DNA from: Candidatus Heimdallarchaeota archaeon
Lineage (GTDB): Archaea > Asgardarchaeota > Heimdallarchaeia > Hodarchaeales > Hodarchaeaceae
Assembly: GCA_011364965.1 (NCBI GenBank)
Contig: RDOB01000005.1
Coordinates: forward strand, 1-64,000
Direction: 5' to 3'
DNA: 64,000 nucleotides
Position numbers and translations under genes: made by a program. Shown here piece by piece: positions 1 through 10,000 of this stretch. The notes below the pieces were generated by a model. It did no database searches. It saw only the letters and a program-made list of their open reading frames with translations, and was not told the origin of the DNA. The stretch's first letter is position 1. Each line of letters starts with the position of its first letter.

Positions 1-3000
1 TTGACAACTTCTGATGCCAGTGCAGGCTTGCTTAATGTTACTGGGGAGAATAATTTTGGTCCTAGTCCATTTGATCTTGATTACACAGGTGGTTACTATA
101 TCTTAACCTACTGGGTTGACCAATCAGAGTTTGCTGATGACAATCAAGTTACAATAACAGTTTTCGATCGTGTTGGTAACAGTCAAATGATGGGCTTAAA
201 CTGCATTTCTGATAATAATGCTCCCTCACAGCCTATTATTATCAACGTTCTTGAATCGTCTGAATATCTCTACTATAATTCGACAGTGTTATTCCATTCA
301 AATATGAAAGTAGGTTTATCTGAAGTTTTCTATATACGCTTAACTACTTCAGACGGCGTAGGAGGGGCGGGGCTCCTCAATGCCACTGGAGAAGATGAAT
401 TTGGTACTATACCAGTAGATACATCCTATCTCCCTGAAAGCTATTATCAAGTGAGTTACACAATCTCTCAAGGACAATCAGCCAACGAGAACAAAATTAC
501 ACTCACAGTTTATGATCGTGTCGGAAATAGTAATTACACTGATTTGGGTGTCTATTTGGACAATACAGCTCCCATAATAAGCGATTTTATATTACTAGAA
601 TCCTCTGATTTTATTTATTACCTTGGTGGAGCCATTCAGAAACTTTGGTATAGTGATAAAATGCCTTCTGTTGCTACTTTTAATATGACATTAATCACTT
701 CTGATGGATCCTCTGCTGATTCTTCTGGTCTTCAGCTGGTTGAATTCCCTGCTATATTTAATCAATCAATTGCTTATAATGATACTACTAGTCCTTATAT
801 ACGCAGGTTTAGTGTTTCTCCAATTCATACTATTAATGAGTCTATTAGCATTTATAGTTTTGATAACGTCGGGAATATTAATTCAATATCTTTAGAGTTA
901 ATTCGAGATATCACTGCTCCTTCAGGGAATATCGTTTCTATTATTGAGAATTCACTTTACACTTATCGTTCAGCTGATTATACTAAACTCTGGTACTCCA
1001 ATCATATGGGTTCCACATTAGTTCCTGTCAGCATCAGCATTGATTCCTCTGATACTGGTTCTTCTCCCTCGAATATTGCATGTATCCTCTTCCCCACTAT
1101 TGATGATGAATTCAAGATCAATATTACTTCAGGTACCTCAATATACAACCGGATCTACAATTTCAGTTCCTCTGATACTACCAATGGTGATGTCTTCTTT
1201 ACAATCTATGATAACGTGGGGAATACTTATCAAGTTTCTCTCCGTGTGATACGAGATCTTACTAGTCCTACGATTCAATTAACAGATGTTACAAATCCAA
1301 TTTTTGATCCTGATGGAAATGAACTCGATAACAATAACAATTGGTATGACCAAGGGATTCTTACAGAGGGTTTCAATATCTTTTCTACACCCAATGATCC
1401 GTTAAGTGGGTTGTATCAAGGAAGTGGCATTTATACCGTTTATTTGAATTGGGATAGTACTAATAATTCTGATGATCAATTGAACCTCAATCTGGGAGTA
1501 GATGGTGATGCCGCAGGTATTGATCCAGTATCGAATATTGCAGATGATGGTGATGGAACCATTATCTTGACCCTTACCGTTCATGATCGCGTGGGAAATA
1601 CTGCTCAAAAGAGTATGACGATACGATTCGATAATACTGAACCCAAATGGGAAGATTTCACTCCTCTACATCAAAATGGTCCAAACATATATCTTACTGG
1701 CAACACCTCTGATTCAGGAGCTGGGATTCAGAATATTACGATTACAGATATGAATGGTAATCACTTCCCCAACATTATAAAATCTGGGTTCGTAGATTGG
1801 ATCCTATATAACACAGCAGCACTGGATGGGGATATTACCCCAGGAGAGAATGATACATTATTTATCGAGGTTTTTGATAACGTAAACAATACAATAAGTT
1901 ATACTGTCGATATCACTTTCCACACTATTGATTTTGCTCTCTTTTCTCATAATATTCCTCGAAGGGTTGAAATTGACAATCCTGGTGAATGGATTATTAA
2001 TATCAGTTTCCAGATAGATGGAACTTATGCAGAGGAATTTACACCCATTATTGATCGTATAATTGATCTAACTCAGTTTAGTGCTACCATCAATAACTCT
2101 CTTCTTCCCATTAAACCTGGGTCTTTGAAATGGTTTAGTGATCCTGAAGTTCACTTACAGTTTACTGTTATCTTACCAACCACTGGTGATTTCTTAACTC
2201 TTGGCGAAACATGGGAGAAGGATATTCGAGTCTCTTGGAGTATTAAAACCTCTCAAATAGATGTGGAATTTAATTACACTGAGACTAACGTATTATCCTA
2301 CCACGATCTTGAAGTAAAATACGTGGAAGACAATCTAAACATTACTGAAACTGATAATCCCGATATAATGTATTTAGTTCTTCACTTCGAGAAGGATCAT
2401 GTTGCACTACCTGTTCAACCAAGTGCATCATATCTTACCTTCTTTGTAGATGGTGGAGTAGCAATTGTTGAAGGGGCTATTGTTGAATTTACAGGTGATG
2501 GTAACTACCGTTTCCCGATTCGTTTACCTGCGGGTTTACCAGCAGGAGATAAAAATATTACATTTATTTGGCAGTACAACACAGGGGAATATTCTCATGT
2601 TATTGAAGACAACAATAGCTTTGTTGAATTGAACACACCTGTAGTTCGCTATCATGACATTGAAATTTCCGCTTCAATTCCTGCACCGATGCAATTATTT
2701 GAGATCGATGCAGATTTCAATTTTGTAATTAATTTTACAATAACGGAGGACTTTGGGAATGGTACTGCACCAATTCTAATTGGGAGCTTAAGTTCTTCTG
2801 CTTTTACTGCGTTTCGTGTAAATAGTGTCCCCTTCTTCTCTCAAACACATAATTTTGTTAATCTTAACAATGGTGATTATTCATTTGAGTTTGATCTCTA
2901 TGATGAAAATACATCCGTAACGTGGAAAGGTACACAGAATTTATATTTCAAAATTTACAGTGTTTCAGGGTTATTTGAATGGGGACATGTTACAATTCTA

Positions 3001-6000
3001 GGGCATGATTTGCAGGTCTCCATTAATTTTGTCCGAACTGAAATCTCTCAGCTTCAATTTTTCGACCCTGATGAGCGAACAAGCTTTGAGATGGATATCA
3101 CAGTCCGGGATGATCAGGGTTCAGGTTTTGTGTCTGTTGCTGGTCTCGATGCGAGTAATTTCGTTGAGATTTTGATGGAGAATGAGGAAGGGGAAGACCA
3201 AACTGCATTGATCACAAATCTTCAAACTCCTGGCGGATGGACTGGAGATAATGGCCAGTATCGATTAATATTCGTATTGGAAGCCTTGGCCGCAGCACAA
3301 CTAGGTTATGGTTCTATTAAGGTCGTATTGACAATTAGTGATTCCAACGGGCATCTTGCCACCGATTTAATAATCGAATTGACGAGTAGAGATTTTAGTA
3401 CACTTCTCGAGTTAAAATGGATTTATATTTTTGGACAATATTTGAATATTACAGAAGAGAATGCATCTGATGTGTTATTTGATAATACCTTTAGAGTGGC
3501 TGTGGGAGAGGAGATTAAGCTTGGTTTTAGGATTTATGCTGCTGAAGATCCCTCGAAAGACGTTACGACTCCCGTGAATATTTTCTGGGAAACTCCTTGG
3601 GACGAAGCTAATCCATTACAAAATCTTACTATTTCAAGGTTTGTAATCCTGAATGTAACATCAAATGAAATTACTCGGAGGAGATTTATAGCTTATGCAG
3701 AAGGTAATTATGAGAAACAAGTCGAAACAAGTCCTCCATGGCAAGTATATTTAGAATGGGATAGCTTAATTTGTACTACTAATGCTGAAGATGATACACC
3801 ATCTTCTGAAGACAATCCTAGCGTTTTAAATGTCAATGGGAGTTATATACTAACTTATAATGCAAAATTCGAACGTTCAGGAATAGAAGTTCCGAATTCA
3901 AAGTATATTATTTCACTTAATTTAGCACAATTCCTTGGATCTGATTGGATTTCAGTAAATGGTACTTTAATAGAAAAATTGGATGAGTATAGAAACCAAT
4001 CATTCACGATTTTAAATGGGTTTGTCACATTTTACCATATCGATGGTAATGGTACAAGAGAGTTTTATATCAATAATTCTGCAGGTATTATAGGGAGAAT
4101 GTTCATCATCGATGATGTAAGTGATGTAGAAGCGTTGGATGGAGACGGAAAAATCCAACTAGAATTCCAGTTCGATGATATCTTTAAAGTGGATTTGGAT
4201 ATTCGTCTAATTGATGAAATTGGAACTGAGAGTAGGGATTACAATTATTATTCTTCATATCCTACTTATCCTGGTTCCGTTTATTCATTTGTGGATAACA
4301 TTGACAATACCATATACCTAGACACCTTGATTTGGACAAAATTTATCCTCAACATGACCGCTATCGATAATCGAATCCCCGTCTATACCCCTGCGACAAT
4401 CTATATTGATGCATATTATGCTCACAACAGTTCTTGGATGTTAGACTCTAATGTTTATATTACCCTTTGGGATCCCGCAACTAAAACAGGAGAACCGAGA
4501 AGTACATGGATTAATAACCGTGTAACATTCTCTACCGTGGTAAAATCGACTGTGATTGGAGTGAAATTTATTATCTCTACAATTGTAGATGGTAATTATG
4601 GAATATCGCTTTTTGAGGAGATAAATACTGGAAATTCCGAGGTAGGAGAGGAAATTATATGGGATCAAATTTGGTTCGATTTTTTCCTCGCTGAACCTTG
4701 GGGTGCTAATTTACGCTTTAATGTCAATACTTTTGCCAATATTCAGGTGATTGCATATTATAAATATGATCAAACTCCCTTTAACGGCACCTTTACAACT
4801 GAATTGTTAGGCAAGAATATAATTTCTCAATTTGTGCTTTCTCCTAGTCGTTGGGATGAGAATCTTACCATTCAAATTCCCTACCCATCCGATATTTTAA
4901 TACCCATTAGTGCAATATTCAGTATTACGAATGTAACCGAAGATCGATGGGGTTTAGTAGGAGATTCGGCATCTTATTCCTTTATAGCAAAATATGGTGA
5001 TTCAGGCGCTAAGTTCCTCCCACTAAGGTGGGATCGTATTATTATGAGGTTCACTCCTGATTCCGACATATACAATCCTGGTGACTCTATTCATATGACT
5101 TTATATCCTTATTACGATAAAGATAAGACTCCAGTAGATGCAAGCAATTTTATTTACACTCTATATGAAAATGATGTATTAATGGCTGAAAAACGTTCAC
5201 TTTTATACTTTGATGATCATGAATGGTCTGAAGTTACAAATAGATATCGTATAGTATACTCTTACGATAGCAAAACAAACTTAACTGGATCATTTTTCCC
5301 TAATGGAACACTGAATCCCTATATAGATATTTCATGGGTAGACAGACAGGATCCAAGAATCCTAGAACGTGCGGTAATCGACTATGGAAATGGGTCCATT
5401 GGATTCCTTTTAATAACAACTGATGATGCTGATGATGATGAATATTTTGGAAGTGGTGTTTCTACAGCCTCAGTAAAGCTTATTATTAATCCAAGTCTTC
5501 CCTCTCGGATTGTTTGGAACTTAACTCGGTATTCAATGTCAGGTAGTTCAGAAGTATTTTTCTTTGGGATTATCTCGACTCTCTCTGGCGAACGAGACGA
5601 ATTTAAGTGGGGAGATGACATAAGCTATACTCTTAATGTAACTGATTTTCGAGGTAAATCTTGTATAGAAACCTATCCTCTAAAACTTAATGAAGATAGT
5701 GATGTTCCATTTCTTGAATCCTCTGTGGAATTTGATTACTCTCCAGAGATTGACGGTAATTTCAACATATCTTTCATTGCAATAGATCAGTGGGCTGGGC
5801 TAAAAGCAGCTTATATCCGATTTTATAATTCGGATCAGAATAAATGGAGTAACATTCAGAATTTATCTTTCAATTTAGAATCAGATGACAAGCGTGGTCT
5901 ATTCTGGTTAAATGTTAACTTCGAAGTGGGAAAAACCATTCCATTTGAACTTATGATAGTTGATAAATCGAATAATACAAACCTCATTGTTGACGATATT

Positions 6001-7059
6001 TTAGTAGTAGATCAAGCAGGACCCCACTTAGATGACATCAAATTCGCATATCATCAGCTGGGAGAGTTTTCTATTGAAATCACAGTTACAGATAATGGTT
6101 CAAGCATTCAACGGGCAATTTTAACATATTTTTCTGGAACAAAAAGAATAGATATTCCTCTTATTCCATTGGTAGGAGGTGGAGGAGGATCCGCTATTTT
6201 AACCTATAAATATGAGAAGCATTTTGCTAAGGTTTTCACGATTCCAGGCATGCTATTTACAGCTCAGACAATAAGATTTGAATTAGTTTTAATTGATTCA
6301 GAAGGCAATCAAAGACCTATAAACCATGATAATTTGGTCAAAGGTTTAATGATAACAAAAGGGATATCTAAATCTCCTCAAAACGATGTTATTATTTCAG
6401 CAATATCCCTAGAATTGATACAGAATCCTTTCATCCTCGCTTTCGTGTTATTTGTGCTATTGGCCATAGCTCTTGTGACTATTCAACGTTTCAGAACTGT
6501 TGGGGGGTTTGATAAAAAGAAAGTCATCTCTGATATGGTTAATATTTCTGATACAGAGGTTTGGGAGGAGAATGATAATATTTCCTATGGTATAGTAGCT
6601 AGCTTCTTTGACCAAGTAAAAGGCCCTGTACCGATTATTATTTATCCAGAAAAATTGCAAGCTTCAGAAGCCATGCTTGCTAGCTTATCTGATAGATCTT
6701 TTTCCACACTAGGGTTTGTTAATAAACCTGAGGAAGATAAACATGCAACTTTTAGATTCCAAATTGCTGGTGAGAAAACTACTATCTTTGGATATGCATT
6801 TGCTATTGCTAATCCCGAAGCAAGAGGAGGCCAAGAGAACCTTTCTATAAGTTTCATTATACGACCTCCTTGGGGTAATCTTGAGAATATTAATAAATTT
6901 TTAACCGAGCTACTTGAACACTTAAGAAAAATGCGTTCCCTAATAGAGGATCAGAGTGAAATTAAAATTGTACAAAGGCAAATGCAAGAGACTCGTAATT
7001 TCTATACTCGTGCTATGCTTACTTTCAGAAAGAAATATGGAAAGGAGTTTGTAGAATAA
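1..7059 (+). CDS. Giant single-pass surface protein (5'-truncated): Ig-like repeats + TM + cytoplasmic uDENN/longin (FLCN/SMCR8-like) domain
   Basis: Frame open from base 1 with no signal peptide, so it begins upstream. ~110-aa repeats end in TVxDxVGN..DxxAP; many N-x-S/T sequons; TM PFILAFVLFVLLAIALVTI (~6427-6483); C-terminal SFFDQVKGPVP...FGYAFAIANPEARGGQENLSISFII. Confidence 0.8.
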   Translation: MTTSDASAGLLNVTGENNFGPSPFDLDYTGGYYILTYWVDQSEFADDNQVTITVFDRVGNSQMMGLNCISDNNAPSQPIIINVLESSEYLYYNSTVLFHSNMKVGLSEVFYIRLTTSDGVGGAGLLNATGEDEFGTIPVDTSYLPESYYQVSYTISQGQSANENKITLTVYDRVGNSNYTDLGVYLDNTAPIISDFILLESSDFIYYLGGAIQKLWYSDKMPSVATFNMTLITSDGSSADSSGLQLVEFPAIFNQSIAYNDTTSPYIRRFSVSPIHTINESISIYSFDNVGNINSISLELIRDITAPSGNIVSIIENSLYTYRSADYTKLWYSNHMGSTLVPVSISIDSSDTGSSPSNIACILFPTIDDEFKINITSGTSIYNRIYNFSSSDTTNGDVFFTIYDNVGNTYQVSLRVIRDLTSPTIQLTDVTNPIFDPDGNELDNNNNWYDQGILTEGFNIFSTPNDPLSGLYQGSGIYTVYLNWDSTNNSDDQLNLNLGVDGDAAGIDPVSNIADDGDGTIILTLTVHDRVGNTAQKSMTIRFDNTEPKWEDFTPLHQNGPNIYLTGNTSDSGAGIQNITITDMNGNHFPNIIKSGFVDWILYNTAALDGDITPGENDTLFIEVFDNVNNTISYTVDITFHTIDFALFSHNIPRRVEIDNPGEWIINISFQIDGTYAEEFTPIIDRIIDLTQFSATINNSLLPIKPGSLKWFSDPEVHLQFTVILPTTGDFLTLGETWEKDIRVSWSIKTSQIDVEFNYTETNVLSYHDLEVKYVEDNLNITETDNPDIMYLVLHFEKDHVALPVQPSASYLTFFVDGGVAIVEGAIVEFTGDGNYRFPIRLPAGLPAGDKNITFIWQYNTGEYSHVIEDNNSFVELNTPVVRYHDIEISASIPAPMQLFEIDADFNFVINFTITEDFGNGTAPILIGSLSSSAFTAFRVNSVPFFSQTHNFVNLNNGDYSFEFDLYDENTSVTWKGTQNLYFKIYSVSGLFEWGHVTILGHDLQVSINFVRTEISQLQFFDPDERTSFEMDITVRDDQGSGFVSVAGLDASNFVEILMENEEGEDQTALITNLQTPGGWTGDNGQYRLIFVLEALAAAQLGYGSIKVVLTISDSNGHLATDLIIELTSRDFSTLLELKWIYIFGQYLNITEENASDVLFDNTFRVAVGEEIKLGFRIYAAEDPSKDVTTPVNIFWETPWDEANPLQNLTISRFVILNVTSNEITRRRFIAYAEGNYEKQVETSPPWQVYLEWDSLICTTNAEDDTPSSEDNPSVLNVNGSYILTYNAKFERSGIEVPNSKYIISLNLAQFLGSDWISVNGTLIEKLDEYRNQSFTILNGFVTFYHIDGNGTREFYINNSAGIIGRMFIIDDVSDVEALDGDGKIQLEFQFDDIFKVDLDIRLIDEIGTESRDYNYYSSYPTYPGSVYSFVDNIDNTIYLDTLIWTKFILNMTAIDNRIPVYTPATIYIDAYYAHNSSWMLDSNVYITLWDPATKTGEPRSTWINNRVTFSTVVKSTVIGVKFIISTIVDGNYGISLFEEINTGNSEVGEEIIWDQIWFDFFLAEPWGANLRFNVNTFANIQVIAYYKYDQTPFNGTFTTELLGKNIISQFVLSPSRWDENLTIQIPYPSDILIPISAIFSITNVTEDRWGLVGDSASYSFIAKYGDSGAKFLPLRWDRIIMRFTPDSDIYNPGDSIHMTLYPYYDKDKTPVDASNFIYTLYENDVLMAEKRSLLYFDDHEWSEVTNRYRIVYSYDSKTNLTGSFFPNGTLNPYIDISWVDRQDPRILERAVIDYGNGSIGFLLITTDDADDDEYFGSGVSTASVKLIINPSLPSRIVWNLTRYSMSGSSEVFFFGIISTLSGERDEFKWGDDISYTLNVTDFRGKSCIETYPLKLNEDSDVPFLESSVEFDYSPEIDGNFNISFIAIDQWAGLKAAYIRFYNSDQNKWSNIQNLSFNLESDDKRGLFWLNVNFEVGKTIPFELMIVDKSNNTNLIVDDILVVDQAGPHLDDIKFAYHQLGEFSIEITVTDNGSSIQRAILTYFSGTKRIDIPLIPLVGGGGGSAILTYKYEKHFAKVFTIPGMLFTAQTIRFELVLIDSEGNQRPINHDNLVKGLMITKGISKSPQNDVIISAISLELIQNPFILAFVLFVLLAIALVTIQRFRTVGGFDKKKVISDMVNISDTEVWEENDNISYGIVASFFDQVKGPVPIIIYPEKLQASEAMLASLSDRSFSTLGFVNKPEEDKHATFRFQIAGEKTTIFGYAFAIANPEARGGQENLSISFIIRPPWGNLENINKFLTELLEHLRKMRSLIEDQSEIKIVQRQMQETRNFYTRAMLTFRKKYGKEFVE

Positions 7060-7060
7060 G

Positions 7061-10000
7061 ATGCAAGAACTTAAACCTAAAAAGATCTTTTTTTGCAGGC
7101 TTAATACACTCAAAAAGAACGGAATTTTCCTTATATTACTATTCAGTCTTGTTTTTCCGTTCGAGCTCTTAACATCATATGAATTCGCGACTATACATTC
7201 CTCTCAATCCAGTAATAATAGCTATATCCAAAAATTAATGAATCAAACACCACAACTGTTATCCCAATTTCCTGCATTCAAAGTATCTGATGTGTCTCTT
7301 GACAGAAAAGAAGCTGATTTTTATAAACCAGGAGAATGCTTAATCCCCAATATTTTTTCAATTCCCCTCCCATATTTCAATATTCAAGAGCAAGATGATG
7401 TTGTTTTAAATGGTAGTTATCCCAAAGCTATGGAACTTGATGCAAGCAGTATGACTTTCACTCTATTTTTTACTATTGTGAATTCTACTGGAAATTCATT
7501 CGAGTTCGCTTTCAAAAGTTTAGAAATTAGTAATTCAACTGATGTTTTCAGAATTTCTAAAACAGCTATTTTTGGATGGGTCAATTATGGATTAACAGAT
7601 TATTATTCCTTGAAATTTCCTTTAAATAACTCTTTTCTTTCTCAGATTACTATTGGAATTTACAATCTAACCTTAACAACTGATATTTACTCACATATTT
7701 CTAGTGATTCTATTATTCTTCCAATGAAAGATCTACAAGTATCTATTACAGGTAGTCCGCCTACAGAATTTAATAATAAATTGGATGCTGACCAAATTTT
7801 TAATCTTACTACATCTGTGAATGAGATTAGGCCTTTGAGTGGCGGCGGATCTGCTTTATTCCCTGTTGAATCGTTACCCTGGATTGATAATGGAGAGGGT
7901 GATAACATAAATCCCAACCTTACCTTAATTTCGGAAACAGGGAATGAAGTGAACACATTGGACTTCTTGGATTTTATATCTAATGAATCCATATCAGGAT
8001 CCTATACATTTAATTTTAGTATTCCAGCAACGATTGCTCCCCTCTATGAAAACGGAATCCATACCTTACATATAACTATTACGTCACCTGAAGGAATCAA
8101 ACAAAATACTTCAATCATCATTGAAGCCAAAGGAACAGTGTATCTTGTAGAAGTTGTAAGTGTTACTATAGGGACTAATACTCCTCTTGAATGGGATAAT
8201 TTAACCAATGGTGGAGATAACCATATCGATATCCGTGTTAATCTCAATGATAATATAGATATAGCTTATAGAGTACTAGATGGTGAAACTAGAAGCCTTG
8301 TAGATCCACCTGAGCGTGTTGCTGGTCAACTAGTTGCGTATCAGGATCCCAACAAAATTGGAGAAATTGCCATCAAATATGTTATAATCGGATCTGATGC
8401 CACAGGTGTAGTACATTTAACTGCTAATGTTCTCACTCTTGCATCAGGATATGAATTACTGCTATATGTTAGAGGACACCGAACATCACAAATAGCTGAT
8501 ATTGATACTTATCCAAATATGACAATTTATTGGGATGCACTGGAATTTGAATATGAATATTGGGATCAACAGGGTAATTTTGGGTCTCGGGTTCAACCAA
8601 ATACCAAAGCTCTTGGAGTAAATGTTGGAACATGGTGGATTCTTAATCTTTCCGTTTTTTATGCCTCTGATGGTACACCTGCTAAAGGATGCCAGATTTC
8701 ATATCAAATTAATGGTTTTCAGTGGATCAATTTAACCGATGGGAAGAATGGTGATGTTATTAATGGCTTCTTTCTTTTTAACTATACCTATTTCACTCCA
8801 AGTAATCCTAGTGAATTATTTGAATTTAAAATTGTTAATGGGTCTATTTATGATCCAATGGGCACCTATTTTGTAAACACAACCTTTACTTCCTCCAGTT
8901 TCGAATTAGATGTAGTTTGGACTTATTTAATAATAAATTTGATACCAGGTGAGCCTGATCAACGCCTTGGGGTAAGAAAGGTAACTAACATTTCTATTGA
9001 AGCTACTTGGGCTCATGATATTACTCTACCATTTAATGGAATTATCACAGGCAAAGATTGGCTTGGAAATCCACGAGATTTAAGTTTAATCAATGGACAG
9101 GGAATCTGGACAAGTATTTCTCAGTCAAACATGGGCAGATACAGTTATGAAATTGTACAGATACAAGATTCACTTTTTGGTGTAACTTCATTCTTGAATA
9201 ATACTCTGGGGGATGTTGTTAAAATCTATTTTATTTGGGAAGAGCTCTACTTTACTTTTTCACCAACTTATAATGAGCTGATCGATCCCTCCCTCCAAGG
9301 TTTTAGCAGCTCAATAGAATATTTTGTAAATTATGGTGAGAATGCTATTCTTTATATTTATGGGATACATACATATGATAATGCACCTTTTCAGGGCATA
9401 GCATTACTTTTCGATTCTTTTGAGGTCAAGAACTATACTGTTTCTTTTAATGAGAAAGGCATTGGTATCCGTGATGACCTTAATTTTAGTTATGCTTTGG
9501 ATAAAGTTTCTTTCTTTATATTAGATATTCAATCTTCTGGAATAGAAGATTGGGGTATAACTGCTATATCAGGTGGGTTTTCTGGAGCCACGATCTCTTG
9601 GGATAAAATTGTAGTTACTCTAAGCGGAAACATGTGGTATTCACATGGAACTTGGGCTGATATCTATCTGAGTTTTGAATATTTGGTATACAATACTATA
9701 GATGTGAATCTAAGTACACTTACATATAATCTTTTATTAAGTAATGGAACTCTGTTTAGTGGTATATCTTGGACGCATTTTCGAGATTTTAGCATTGGTC
9801 CTACTATTCGTTCTTACAATATCACATCATTATATGATTCCTCAACAGGTTTATTCGGCTTTGTAACACAGTTTATATGGATTGATGACAGCATTGAACC
9901 TCGCGCAGGGAACCTAACCACTTGTTGGCTAGATACTGAAGATCCTCAGATTTTGGAATGGGGGGTCTATGATAAATTTGGTAATGGTACAATTCTAATA

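Noticed and set aside
1-3. TTG at base 1 as the true start of the giant protein
   Set aside because: It begins mid-repeat with no signal peptide, so the gene almost certainly starts upstream of the window.
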